A stretch of 64,000 bases of DNA from Owenia fusiformis (lineage: Eukaryota). Each line of letters begins with the position of its first letter. Within the stretch, counting starts at the first letter, position 1. A model generated the notes under the pieces. It worked only from the letters and a program-made list of their open reading frames with translations, was not told the DNA's origin and did not search any database. Shown piece by piece: positions 11,699-40,242 of the stretch. The translations under genes and the position numbers were made by a program. Where the stretch lies: NCBI GenBank assembly GCA_903813345.2, contig CAIIXF020000001.1, forward strand, positions 22,134,001 through 22,198,000, given 5' to 3'.

Positions 11699-13907
11699 TC
11701 GTCGCGTGAGAATAACTTTGTACTAACTGCCATTTTCCAAAAAATTGAGATAGACATGGAATTTTACTATTTGAAACACAGGCTTTCATCTCAGATACAT
11801 GCCCCATCTCAATTCCCTCTCATTAAGCTAGAATTCAGTGTGAAATTGTACCATCTCCAGACAAACAGCTTATTTCTAATTTCAAATTGTCATATCTGAT
11901 ATCAACTGTTTCAACCAATCAACTCTCTAAGAATTGGTCATGTGACTTGCAAAACTTGGAGTTATAACAATCTTATATTAAAACGAAGTATGCCAATATG
12001 CATGTTATTGTATCTAGAATGAAATAATGTTTTGTAACACAATACCATGCCAGTTTGCATGCCTGGCCTTTCATGTTTTAGTTTTAGAACTATTACAAGT
12101 AGATCAAAAAAATAAAATGATACAGTATGTGTAATCCCATGCATATTCAAATAATATGCCCTCAATTACTCTTTGTATTATGGATGCTCATTGGATTATT
12201 CATGGCCACATGATATGAAATAGAATTACTAATTTCCTCGAAAACCTAAATCCTTGCTACCAGGGAAGATGAAAAGTACAAATGACCAGTTAATTAGATC
12301 ATGTGAGCAGTCAAAAGTACCCTTTATCTTCCCTGCTACCAGGTCTTATAGGGGTTTGAATGGCCAAATGCAATAGAAATGCATATACGAAGCTGTCATC
12401 ATTAAATGTTGAAAATGAAAGACTACTTATTTGTTTCTTCAAATAGAGTACATAATAATAGGTTATATACTAGATATAGTAATCAAAACAAATAGTAACT
12501 GTCATATTTTGCACTACATTGCTCAAAGGCAATCACTGTCTGTATACTATTGAAATCTCTTTCAAAATGATGTTTGTGGAAAAAAGCTAAATCTATTTAA
12601 ACTAGCTTTAACTTTTACTGACCATATCAATAAGGAGTTATCTTTATGTTAGTATAGTCCCTTAAAACACTTATTTTATTTTATCTTCATCTATGATTTA
12701 CTTTGCGCTCTTCACTGAACATCTGGGATCTTTTTAGTTATTATTTTATTACTAGTATGTTTTTCAGATTTGTCCTTTCTTTTGCATTTTTGGGATCATT
12801 GTTTTTAGATCATCTACATTTTATTTTGGAAAAGTAACAAATTGGTTCAATTTCTTTACAAAGAGCCACTCTTAGTCTCCACTTCTACAATTGCTTCAAT
12901 TCCCAATTGTACTCCACAGAGTAGCAAACAACAGAAAATGAATGAATAATGATAGCTGCATCCCAATGAACAAAATGTGATTACCTAAATCGATGTTTCA
13001 TCACTTTCATTAATCTAAAATGAATTAGAAATTATTTTTCTATTTTTCAAATTTCTTCCATGTGCATGTAATAAAAATTGGTTATGTCTTAGGCCCTAAG
13101 GATCTGAAACCTGCTGGTCAAAATGGAATTACGGACCAGTTGCAATGTTATTCTCCTATACCCAGTGAAAATATCAACTGGTCTGTATCAAAAATAACCT
13201 GATAATGACCAGCGGACCGGCCCTTGGGGGCTACATTGTAATGTGCTGGGAGGTTTAGGCTACAGGGTTTATACCGAGGGAAATATGTGGGGGACCGTAT
13301 TGGCATCATTGGTTTCAATGCATTGCACTTCTGCCTTAGTTTCAAAGGCAATAAATTCTTTTTGAAGGGTGTCCTGAGATTCCAAAATTAAGAAATAATT
13401 GTACTTATTTGAGAAATTGATTTTAAAGTTTTATAAATTGAATTTTCTTTATTTTATTAAATAATATTCTTTGGTTTTTGAAGATTTTTTTTTACAAAGC
13501 AAAACATTATTTTTCATTCTAGATACAATAACATGCATATTGGCATACTTTGTTTTAATATAAGATTGTTATAACTCCAAGTTTTGCAAGTCACATGACC
13601 AATTCTTAGAGAGTTGATTGGTTGAAACAGTTGATATCAGATATGACAATTTGAAATTAGAAATAAGCTGTTATTCCGGTGGGAAATTGTATCAACTCCA
13701 TTTCCATAGTTTTAAAAAAGGATCTTGTAAATTGTTTCAAGGTATGATATTTCATATAAGATATCTCTGGGGTGAGACCAGGTGACATACAAAAAATCAA
13801 GTTTCACATAGCAATACTAAGTAAGATACAGACCTCTAAACTTTCAAACCTTGATTTCTCAGTTCCGTAAAAATGTGAGATAGTACAAAGTTATTCTCAT
13901 GCGACGA
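11699..13907. mobile_element. Non-autonomous TIR element with bipartite inverted arms (family unassigned)
   Basis: Outer IR TCGTCGC(G/A)TGAGAATAACTTTGTACTA at 11699 and 13907, plus a near-perfect ~170-bp inner IR (11865-12033 vs 13500-13672). No coding capacity seen. Confidence 0.65.
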
Positions 13908-14341
13908 TCTATATTTTGTCACCACCTATAAATCGGTTTCTGCCTGTAATAAGTGTACTCTCAGCTTGTCTCTATCCTCTGATGTGCCTTGAACCTTGAA
14001 CAATGCTAAGAACAAATTAATATTGAATCTTCATGAAGATTCATTTAGATTTCCTCCAGATCAGTGTATACCACGGTTTACATGACACATAGTGAAAGTG
14101 CTGCCATCTAAATCAGTCATGAATAACATCCAAATATAGCAGAGGATAACATCATTTAACTTTTTTATTCTCGTTCGTTAGTTCGTGAGTTAATAAGTCC
14201 ACACAATTTCCTTTTAAAATGTAACCAAAGACAAAATTAATTCTGTTCATAGTTTTAACTTATGAACACTTTTTCTCAGTTCTGATTTTACTTTATCCCA
14301 CTCGGATCACATATTGAACTGAAAAGGTGAGGCTCGGGAAT

Positions 14342-14535
14342 TGTACATATTATCTAGAGGCCAATGTACATTTATATTATCTAGAGGCGAATGTACATTT
14401 ATATTATCTAGAGGCCAATGTACATTTATATTATCTAGAGGCCAATGTACATTTATATTATCTAGAGGCCAATGTACATTTATATTATCTAGAGGCCAAT
14501 GTACATTTATATTATCTAGAGGCCAATGTACATTT
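14342..14535. repeat. 27-bp minisatellite x~7
   Basis: Unit AATGTACATTTATATTATCTAGAGGCC. Confidence 0.95.
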
Positions 14536-15021
14536 TACAAACCTCAAACAAAATCAAGTACTGTATTGGACAAACAATGAAACATGACACTAAAATATAT
14601 TTCTTCAGTTTATTGCATAATTCTCACCAGCTTATACTAACTATATTATCACTCCCATGCTTCATTATGCAAAGATATATAAATTGTATCTAAATACAAA
14701 ATGTCAACAATGTATACAATTTCAACATGTGTATAAATAGTTTCTCTTGTTAAAAACTCCCTTTTAAATTAATGGTTTCTTCTCTATGTATTTACAGTAA
14801 AACCCACAATGTATGTGATTAACTAATAAAGAAAGAGAAGTCTTTACCCTCAAATTGATTATTTCCACTTCTCCCAACACACTTTGATCCACAACAAGTG
14901 TTCTAAATGTTCTAAACTAAAACTTCTTGAACATTGACTACAATAAATTAATTTCATTCTATAGAGGTGAATATCAGTGATATACCATGACAAGTGAATA
15001 CAAATGAATATCATCTGTTAC

Positions 15022-15444
15022 TATATCATTGCTAGAAATTGTCTGATTTGATTGGTCAATTTAGTACCATTTGATCAAAAATACCATAGCGTATTTCACA
15101 GCTCCCTTAATTTTAGGATGATAAAAGACGTATTGCCCGGTGTATTGCCCGCCCTGGAATTCTGAAACTGCACTGGCCACAAATAAAGTGTACCATACAA
15201 AGATACTTGTACATAATTATGTTTACTTAAACTTATGGGTTAATGATATATTTATTGATAAAAATAAATGATCATAGAGAATGTCTAGCAATGATATATT
15301 AAAACAAATATTTCATTCTATGTTCAGGCAATACCTGTTGCTCTTTCAATGATTTTTGCAGCATGTATTTTCCTCGCCCTACAGGTTGTGGGCAATACAT
15401 ACTGAAAAATGAACAGGTATTGCCCTCCATAGAATGAAATATTT
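15022..15444 (-). mobile_element. Non-autonomous hairpin element (Crypton-like architecture)
   Basis: IR pair TATATCATTGCTAGA (15022) / TCTAGCAATGATATA (15284), followed by a terminal ~140-bp imperfect palindrome 15306-15444. Confidence 0.5.
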
Positions 15445-16201
15445 TCTTAATATTTCATGTCATGTGACCTGGATTTGACCAATAGTTAAAATGCAAGCTT
15501 GACAATGACATAATACTACTAGCATACATACACCAACTAGGTCTACTTTTCACAATGAATAACTTACACATTGACATATAGAAAGATCAGCTCTAGTGCA
15601 CAGGAATGATCTCAAACCTCAGTGCATTCACAGTTAATTAGCACACAAGTCACAAATTAAAAAAGCAAATATTATGTAAGAATACAAAAATTAAAGATTA
15701 CTTACAAATAACATCACAGCAAACATATAGCTATCGTCACAGACGTAGCCAGGCGTGAGACATGCAAGGCAACTGCCTCGCCAAAACTCAACAAAAATAT
15801 TCTTAATCAGACATTTTTTCAACTAAAACAGTGGAAATGAAGTCCTTTAGCCTCAATTTACCTCAACCATCTACATTTGCCTCACCTATTATTTTTTCAC
15901 TGGATAAGCCCTTGCTTTGTTATTACATCCAGTGATCTCAACAGGATTTTTTCTCAAGTAGGTGCAAAATTCTCATTTTCACAATTCATACCAAAATTGG
16001 TCAAAATATGCGCAATCTCACACATAATACTGTAAGTACATTTGAAATTACCTGACAATTGAATCACAGTTTCATGTATATATAACTTCCCCAAAAGGGA
16101 ATAGATCCAGATCTTTGCTAAGCAATTTAAGCATTTAATAATTATGAGAGTCAAATGCAGTATTTAATACTGAAACTGAATTGGTCAAAAAAGTATGCAT
16201 A

Positions 16202-16370
16202 CAGTTTAACCTGTATATAGTGAACACTTCTCTCTAGTGAAAACATCTCTTTCGTAAACACCATTCCTCCCCACATACTGACTTCTGTATAAATCACAAT
16301 CTCTGTAGTGAACACCTAACAACACTGAACTTATTTCTCTAAAAAAGTTCAATATACACAGGTTTTACTG
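16202..16370. mobile_element. pogo/Tigger-like MITE (TA TSD); relatives at 26293-26443, 34311-35163 and 44384-44672
   Basis: TA|CAGT..AACCTG ... CAGGTTTTACTG|TA termini. Confidence 0.7.
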
Positions 16371-17197
16371 TATACATAATAATGTAAGCGATATGAAATA
16401 AATGGGTATGGTTTGCAAAAGCCCAGATAGAGTTATTAGGCGGCTATAATGATTTAATTAAATAAATATACATGTCCACTATGTAAGTGTCAGCTGTTTG
16501 TATCGTTTCAATGGTCTGTTCCAAGTTTAGTTAAAACCTGATATGTAAAGTATTACTTCATTTATATCAATGCAACATTATTGAAATAAAGATCAAATAA
16601 AATAAAATAAAAAAAACTCGCAAAATGTGGCCTGTCAAACAGCTGTTTAGGTGACACTTCCATACCAATGTCTTGGAATATGATGGGTATGAACTTTGAA
16701 CACAAGTACATGCACAATACAAGTACATAAACAATACAAGTACAGGACTGTACATATGCAATACAAGTACATGCAAAATACAAGAACACATGTCATACGA
16801 AGTAGTGTAATACAAACCAGAGAGTAAGCTTCAACAAAATGGCACCATTTCCAGTAGAAATATACTAATGGTATCAATTCACATCACACATACAATATCT
16901 GCTAGTATACCACCTACATGTACAATAGTACATCTTGTTCATGAACGTTACATTTTGAACAATTCACTAAAATATCAATTGAAAGTAGAAGAATATCAAA
17001 TCACGTTTTTATGACGACACAAAACTAAAAACTATACGATAAGCAGATAAGCATATGTTTAAATATCAAGTCCTTCTAGCTGCGCTGCTTTCCATGAGTT
17101 GTGTAGTGATTAGGTCATGGTATCGTTAGTCCTCTAGTGATGGTAGTTCATAACTAAAGTACCATGATGCACTGGATGGAATCTTGATTCCTACTAT

Positions 17198-31958
<14,761 letters not shown>

Positions 31959-32425
31959 TATACCGTCTATATATATCAAAGAAATGTAAATCCTATTCAA
32001 AACGATGATTATTTATGCTCATAAGTGGATATTGCGGTTTAAAAGTGATATTTTAGAGAATTTCCATCTCCATGTCTCCTTGCAAAACAACTATACATGA
32101 AAATAACGAACGCCTTCATTTTCAATAATTTTTCTTCGTTATTATTACACCAAGTACTATTTTCCTTTTTTAAATGGTGCTTGGAAGACATGAATTATCT
32201 TTAGTGACAGAATTAGGATGTTGTAACCCAGAGTCGATGGAAAATCATTTCTTTATGGCATTGAAATTATGTTCATTTGTGTTTGTAAACTTTATGTACT
32301 TTGATCACGTGGGGGAATCCCAGGGATATTCCAAGATGGTGGACGAGGTCAAACATAGGGCGTTACTAAAAATGTCAACAAAATGATCGATATTTACTAA
32401 TATTTCTTATCCAAAATGGTCAAAT
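31959..32425. promoter_or_regulatory. Probable bidirectional promoter between TTC39C and ITGB1BP1
   Basis: Divergent start codons are only ~470 bp apart. E-box CACGTG at 32306-32311 and YY1-like CAAGATGG at 32332. Confidence 0.6.
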
Positions 32426-35400
32426 ATGTTTAAAAAGAATCGGCCAAAATCAGGCTTATTTTCTGACAGCAGAGAATCAGTAGAAAGCAAAGGAAGCAGT
32501 GGAAATCAAGTGGTAAGCCAAAATTTAAATATTTTTCAAGTTTGTTTATCTTCCAAGATTTTCATCATAGGAAAGTCAACAATGCCGTAGTTCAATTGTA
32601 TTTACTTATTGAACAGAGACGTATTATATTTCCCAAAAGTAAATTCAAATTTGATTCAAATTTGGGATTATTTCCATTTGTTTTCCTTCAACCCACTCTC
32701 CTTCTACTTGAACCTGTCGAATAGTCCTGTCTTTGTATATGATTAAAAATAACTTGCATTTACACTTTACAAAGTCTACAGAAGGTATCGCTCAAACGTT
32801 TCTGTAAATGAAGTCTCTTTCCAATTGTTTGAATCAAGTGCTGGAACTTGGAGCATAAGACCTGAGAATTGAAATTGATCTATAAAAACATGCATTCTGG
32901 AGCAAAACGAACAAGTGATGATTGGCCAGAGTTATTGAAGTCAGAATATACATTGACATTACATAGGGCCACTTATCATGACCACCATCAGCATGTGAGC
33001 ACTATATTTTTGGTACTTGTATACAGTATATGATTGTTATATACTTTTTGGGCTGTTCATGGGAACTACATGTAGTACACAAATATATTCATCAGCTATA
33101 TCTGATTTTGACGATATGGACCTGTTAAGAAGTAAGTTAAGAACACCTGAAAATCTACCTGGATGACTAAAATGTATGGAAGAATTAATTGTATATTGAA
33201 TATCTTTTTCAGACACCACACTCTAGCCGTGAGAATATAGCATCAGGGACAGAGATGCGTTTAATAGATGGAGGCTCTAGTGGCTCACTGAACCGTAGCG
33301 TTCAGTTTCAACTACACTATCTAGGAATGGTGCAAGATCTTCACTCTCAACCAGTAGGGGGACAGGACACCAGGGTGCAGATAATTGATAAAATCGAAGA
33401 AGCTCAGGTAGGCATATTATTTCTTGGTAACTTTAGCAATTATGTCACTCTTTGATTTATGTGATCTGAATAGGATTAACTAACTCATCTGAGATTTAAC
33501 TTTGGCTTTGTCAGAAATAATTATCCCAATGAACGAAGTTAGGTAGGGATATAGTGAAGCCCTCCGTCCGTCCGTCAGTCAGTCAGTCCGTCCGTCCGTC
33601 TGTCAGGAAGATAACTCAAATACTAGTTGACGAATTTTCTTTATATTTAGTGGAAAGATGTATATTGGTAAATAGTTTTACGCAAAAAAAAGTTTTTCTA
33701 GATGACCGCAGCTTTAAAAATGACGGGACTTTTTCGCAAAAATTATAAATTTTTCATTCTAAACCAAAGTAATTAATATAATTGTTTGAAATTTTGGTAG
33801 TATATTCACAACATTTATCTATTTCACATATATTCCGTGTTTTTCATCCTGACCCCCAGGGGCCGTGTATGGGGGGACAGGAAAACAGAAATTTTCGCTA
33901 ATTTTTAGATCTTTCTGAGCTTTATTATACTCAAATGAAAGGCAATTAAGAGTAGATTGCAGATATTGTATCTTTTTTTCTGATTCGAGCCTCGTAAAAT
34001 TCAAAATGGCCATCTAATGTACGATTTCGCAATAATTTTTTGATCCCTTCAAAGTATGGCTATATTATACTCAAATTGAAGGAATTTTGGAGTAGATCAC
34101 AATTATGGTATTATTTTCAGATTTGTATCTCAGAAAATTCTAAATGGCTGCTTTGCAGGAATTCGCAATTCTAAAATCTATTTTTTTCAATTTTAACCAA
34201 AGTAATGAGTATAATTGATTGGAATTCGGTAATAAATATTTTGTTCGTTGGGATTTGCTGCTCCGCGGAGTTGCCGTTATCTAGTTGTTTATCATCCATA
34301 ATCTCAGATACAGTAAAACCTGTCCGATGGAATACCTCTCTGTAGGGAAAACCTATGAACAAGGAATGCTTTTCAAAAGAACCGAATATTTTTCCATTGA
34401 CTTACATGTTAACGGACCCTCTCTGTAGGGAAAACCTATGAACAGGGAACAAGGAACACTATTTTGGGGCAAACTATGAAAATTCACCTGTGAACAAGGA
34501 ATATGGAATATTGGTGACACTGTATATTCCATTATTTTTCAGAGGTGTGAAAGTCTTAAGCCAATATCTGAACATAAAAAGCTTGGATTAATATGATTGA
34601 GATTAAGATGAGCAATTGTTTACATGATGTAGCATCCCACCCACTGTTAATTACCCTGATTTATTTTAAAACTAATACTAATCTGTTTGTTACTTATTAT
34701 CATGACACTAATTCTTACTTTCAAAAACCTAATTGCATCAAATCAGTTGTGATAATCTAGGGACTGACACAATTGTTTTATGGAGATAACAGATAGTAAG
34801 TACATGGTCATGTTGAGCCAAATCTCTTTAAATCTTTTACTGATCCAACTACTAGATTATCAATGATATAAAATTTGGTTGATGAAACTTGAAATTCAGT
34901 TCTTAGCAATAAATCTCTACATATCATATCAATAATTACATCAACTAGACACCATCAGACGCTAGCAGCAGCAAAAATCAACATGGGGAGAATGTAACCA
35001 AGTATGAAGCCGGCATTTGTACAATCAATCAATATATATACAAATATGCTTATTCGGCAACTTTGAGTTTGCTGAAAGTGCGGCCCCTCTCTGTAGGGAA
35101 AACCTCTGAACAAGGAAACTTTCCTTCAGTCCCAAGAGCATTCCCTGTTCGCAGGTTTTACTGTATAAGTTTTCAGCTCATCAAGAATAATTTTTCTAAA
35201 TAAACATCTACTGTATGTCTTTTTTATTGTAGATTGAGAATAAGATCCACATCAAACCTGCTGAAGATGACTTGGTAAAGATGGTCATATCTAAACATGG
35301 TGTCAAAGTCATGAAAACCACCAGGGAGGTAGGTTGCTTTGTTTTATTTTATTAACGTCTTATGATATGCATACTACTAACATTTCAATTATGTGATTAT

Positions 35401-36258
35401 TGTTGAGTGTTTATGAGTGAAAATATGGTTTTCTGCTACAGCAATTTTTATTTTTAAAAAATTAAGGCCACTTACCGGATTTTCTCGCATATAAGCCCTG
35501 GGCGTATAACTGAAAGAAGGGATAATTTCGTCTGTTATTTTACCTCTTATTTTTCGCCCATGGGCGTATAAGTGTACTACTTTCGATTTTTGGCCCAGTG
35601 GGCGTAAAGGTGAGAATCACCCATCTTCCTCAAAGACTACCGTACCTACTGTTGTAGTCCTACCGCATGTTTTGTAAGAATTATAAAGGAAATGTCACTT
35701 ACAACCTTGGACTTAATGTTGAAACAAAGTAACAACAGAACGATCCACCACTGCCACTTACGGCACAGCGTTGAACTTAATGTTGAAACAAAGTGACGAC
35801 AGAACGATCTGCCAGTGACAAAATGCTCTCGAATTTATTGAAAAAATCAATAAATAGTCATTTTTTATAGGCCCATGGGCGTATAAGCGTACTACATTCG
35901 ATTTTTGGCCCATGGGCCTAAATTTAGGGGGGCGTATATGCGAGAAAATCCGGTAAGTAAAACATAAATCCCAGAAAATGATATTATTTCAATGACATGT
36001 ATTTTATTCAGTAAAATGATAAACACTCTTTTATATCCATTCTAGGAGGTTCTTCAAAGGCATCCACTACATACAGTAGCACAGCTGATAGAATACATAG
36101 ACACTTCAGGCAGGACTAATCTGGCTTTAAAAATTGTTCGCCAAATAGAGAGCCTCAAGGCTGACTGTTACGTCTTCCAGTGCCATAATGTAGATCAGGC
36201 CTCCCGTATATGTCGGGCTTTACAGAATGTTTTTGAAGCAGTTGTGCAAAGTGTATGA
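32426..36258 (+). CDS. ITGB1BP1: Integrin beta-1-binding protein 1 (ICAP-1), PTB domain, 4 exons, ~196 aa
   Basis: Phase-0 GT-AG exons 32426-32512, 33213-33407, 35233-35328, 36046-36258. Protein has an MFKK start, a Ser-rich N-terminus, F.LHYLG, IIDKIEEAQ, ISKHGVKV, EVLQRHPL, LALKI and YVFQC...QA..IC..L...FEAV, matching ICAP-1. AATAAA at 36326. Confidence 0.88.
33521..34286 (+). mobile_element. HINE/DINE-1-like non-autonomous Helentron in ICAP-1 intron 2
   Basis: 5' subTIR ATCCCAATGAACGAA, then a (GTCC/GTCA)n microsatellite, an inverted 3' subTIR TTCGTTGGGAT, a hairpin CTCCGCGGAG and a CTAGTT end. Confidence 0.75.
34311..35163. mobile_element. pogo/Tigger-like MITE
   Basis: TA|CAGTAAAACCTG ... 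CAGGTTTTACTG|TA, with internal repeats of CCTCTCTGTAGGGAAAACCT.TGAACA. Confidence 0.8.
35475..35953. mobile_element. Tc1/mariner-superfamily (Tc2/pogo-like) MITE in ICAP-1 intron 3
   Basis: TA|CCGGATTTTCTCGCATATA ... TATATGCGAGAAAATCCGG|TA, with repeated GGGCGTATAA motifs. Confidence 0.85.
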
Positions 36259-36387
36259 TACTGTTATCAAGTGTACCTCAGTTCATATATCAGGTGGATC
36301 AATACGTTCTGAAAAAAGCTTCTTGAATAAAGAGCTTAAGAATTTTCACAAGAGATAAAAAATAATGGCATAGATTATTATAATATA

Positions 36388-36996
36388 CAGGGTGTCAAAT
36401 AAGTCCCGTCCCCCCTGCTACAGCTAAAACCTTAACAGACGGTACCTAGTGTGATATATCATTGGAAAGATCATCCAAAGTTATGTTAACTCAACAAATC
36501 TTAAGTATTTTGGATGAAATTTACCTATATTTTTATGATGTCTTTTACAGTTAACGTGCCCTCCTTTAAGTAGCTTTTTTGTGTCAAAATGACAAGGATA
36601 TGACCTCGGAAATACGTCAAAAATTAATCTTTTTCGCATTCCACTTGTTACAGAAAGTTTTTCACCAATTTCCTTGCACCTCTTTTTTCTACACATGTAA
36701 CCCTATCCAGAAATTGGTTAAATTCATTGCCATAAACATATTTAGTCATCTTTTGGTCCCTTGACCTTTCTTATACCCGATTCTTAAAATCCTGCCAAAT
36801 CGACAAATTGTCATGTTTCTAGGCCTATGGTCACCTCGATTGATACAATGTAAAATTTTGTGAGGTTGATTGACATGTGTCAGATATATGCCAATCAACG
36901 TAACTTTGGAAGATCTTTCCAATGGTATATCACACTTGGTACCAAATATCTTGGTTTTGGCTGTACAGGGGGGGACGGGACTTATTTGACACCCTG
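36388..36996. mobile_element. Tc1/mariner MITE with ~100-bp TIRs
   Basis: TA|CAGGGTGTCAAATAAGTCCCGTCCCCC ... GGGGGACGGGACTTATTTGACACCCTG|TA. Confidence 0.9.
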
Positions 36997-38414
36997 TATA
37001 TCCAGTCTTTATTTCATATCTTCTGAAAACTTGAAACAACTAATCTCAAAACTGTTCAACAGTGATCATTTTAGACTGGAAGCCTTTTTCTAAGAACATA
37101 TTGATCAACCTGGTACATAGGTTTAGCTTCCTCAACAGAATAAGTAAGTGACTGTACAAAGTGTAAATAAATTGTAGTGAGATATCACATTGTACAAAAG
37201 CAGGATGTATATAATAACTTGGTTATCTATCTTTCAATGTTTATTCTCATACAGTAGAATCACTAGAATGTATAGTTTTGCAAATTTTGCTTAGAAAAAT
37301 ATGTTTTGTAAATATGAACAATTAAATCCATTAATTTGAATTATGTCTTTGATTTTTATGTCTCCACCAGAAGTGGGGATATATTGCTATAGTCTCCCAA
37401 CTTTTTGTGGACACTGTGTTTCGGATTCGGCATCTGTTTCAAATTCATGCAACTTCCAATAACGGGTGGTGACATTTTGTCATGTTAATACCTTTTCAAT
37501 TATATAACAATGTTAGTCTATTCCATGATTTATTAATTATACAATTCCTCAAAGTATTGTAGTAAGAAAACTTTCCTTGGAATATAAGCTCACAATGTCT
37601 TGACTCTGAAGTTTTTATGTCACTACCAAATGTTAAGACATATTGTTATAGGATAAGCCTTGAAATGTAAACACCGCCCAATCCCAGCCATTTCGGAAAA
37701 CCTGGTTTATGGACAAATACTGTGCGCGTCAAAATGGTATTGACACGGTGTCCAACCCAAACGCTCTTACATGCATGACGGAGCATTTCATTACTGAAAC
37801 TAAACAAAGAAACGCTCCGGAGTAAGAAAACTGGCGGGCGGGAAAGATGAGCCATCTGACGATTTCCCCAATAATGGGAATAAGAGGTATGAGTTACTTA
37901 TTTCGAGTATACCATTCGATGGGTGTGATATTCATGTTGTACTTGGTTGGCTGTTGACGTTTGAAGCAATTAGGAACAGCTGTACGAAGCAGTATAGTTA
38001 TCAAAATTCATAAACATATTTGTAATTCTACCGGGTGTAACTTATTAATCCAACATTTATAATAACTGGTGTTATTATTACAATTTAGAGAAACAAGGCA
38101 TTGACATGTAAAATGCCACCATCTGCTAGACAGATGTACAGATGCTGAACACCAAATGACAAACACCAACTGCCAAACACCATCCACAAAAAAGTTATCA
38201 TAATGTAAAACAATAAATCATATTGATGGTTCAAATTGAAGACATACTGATTTTTGAGAGTATCCAGGGTTTAGACACCAAGTCCTGTTAAGCATTCTGA
38301 TTTACCGGAGTCTCTCTTTGTTTAAAACTTGTTTGACTGATTTTTTTTGACTGATTTGATTTTTGAAGTTATGAGAATTGGCTATCAATTTCTATTTTTT
38401 TTCTTCAACATGTA

Positions 38415-39216
38415 CGAGGGGTGATCAATAAGTAATTGACACTTTTTTACATAGATGCTTTTTATAGACCAATCTCTCATTTTTTCACCAGTGATACATC
38501 ATGCAATTCTCTATCAACTCTGAAGATTTGGAGACAAAACATGAAACATATTTTGATATATCTTTATTCCTGTGAAGGATGTATGGGTACCCCGGGTAGC
38601 AAACTGCAGTTGCACAGCTTGTTTTATTTCATCAATGTCATTTAACCTGCATCATTTTTATATAGAAAAAGTAGTATAGAAATAAAAGTCATGTGTGGCC
38701 AGATCTGGGCTAAAGGGTGCATGCGCCAAGGGCTTCATGTTCAGGTCCAGGTATATTGTATCCTGGACATTTTGAGATATTTGGGCAGGGGCAATGTCCA
38801 CATGGAGTAGGGTGTTACCTCCTCTCACTAACCTCTTCTTCCACATTGCATTCTGAAATCAAACTGCAAACCCTGACCATACAACACTTTAACCTTACAA
38901 TACTTATCTTTTATGTGTTACCACAGGCAGCATGATATTCAAACAACACAACTCTTGTGGCATATCAAAAAGTTCAAATCTAACTGATATGCCAAATTGG
39001 CATTACTTCAGAATATGTGACGTAAATGTCGGTCCCTGGGTACCTGTACCCCCTTCACGGAAATAAAGATATATCAACATGCAATACATATTTTGTCTTC
39101 AAATCTTCAGAGTTGATAGATAATCAAATGATGTATCACTGGTGAAAAAATCAATGAGATTGGTCCATAAAAAGCGTCCATGTAAAAACCGTCCATTGCT
39201 TATTGATCACCCCTCG
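38415..39216 (-). mobile_element. Internally deleted mariner element with ~180-bp inverted arms
   Basis: TA|CGAGGGGTGATCAATAAG ... CTTATTGATCACCCCTCG|TA. Minus-strand remnant LLHVDIAPA...HAPFSPDLATHDF matches the mariner HDNA and YSPDLAP.D motifs. Confidence 0.9.
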
Positions 39217-40242
39217 TATTGTAATGACTTCAGTATGAATGAAATGTTCCTTGGTCTTCTGGTCTTGGCTTGTGATATTGGTTCTTGAATGGTGGGGGAA
39301 AGGGGGTATTAGACATTGTTTCTTTTCATGTTAGATCATGGTTTTGGGCTATATGGGGTTTGTTTTTCTTGACTGGTATGCACTTAGAGTTTGCTTTTTC
39401 TTGCTAAGTTCCATTACAACTTTTAGTCCTTTCCCTTTGGCACTTGTGCTTATATATTTGAGAATGAGTTCTCTTCAAGGAATAGTAGGGGCTCTTCACT
39501 TGCACTGTCATTGATAAGCTTACCGAATGAATTAACTAAACACACTTTATTAAATAGAAACCAATTTATTCCATTCAAGCATAATGCTGATGGGCCCACT
39601 ACTGGGCAAAAGCAGCCCAGAAAACATCCACAACAAATTCAACAACATTCAGCTCAAATATAAGACCAAGAAAATACCTACAGTATTCTGTCTATTGTTT
39701 ACACTGCACAACTGTGACTGTACCCTTACCAATTAAATATCTGTTTAGCGGGCATCCCTGGCAAACCCCAAGCCTTCTTTCTGGGCTTTTTTATTTCATG
39801 AATTTAGTTTTTTCACATGGTCCTTTTATAAAGTTATACATTGGCTAAACAGACAACTGATTTGTAAGGTCAGGGCCTAACAGTTACTATATGGATGTCA
39901 ATTTTGTTTTCATACGAATATATTTACTGGTTGAGAAGTTTAATTTTATGAAAGAGCCAAAGCACAACATTTTCTATGTAAATCCCTGCTGAAGAATGAT
40001 TGTTATAGCCATTGTATTGGATAGTTTATTTTGTCTGAGATTAAGCAGCTTTTAAATTACAAAAATAAAGTGTGCACAATTATTGATATTTCTTTGTAAA
40101 ATATTATGCTGTGGCCCTATACTAAAATTACAAATACACACCCCATGATATTGAGGGAACTTTCACATGTATTCAATTCAGCATCAATGTTAATACCACA
40201 TTCATTACTTTGTTTGCATTCATTTGATTTGTGGCAACATAC

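Noticed and set aside
14327-14587. (HLYYLEANV)n and (GQCTFILSR)n ORFs
   Set aside because: Translations of a 27-bp minisatellite.
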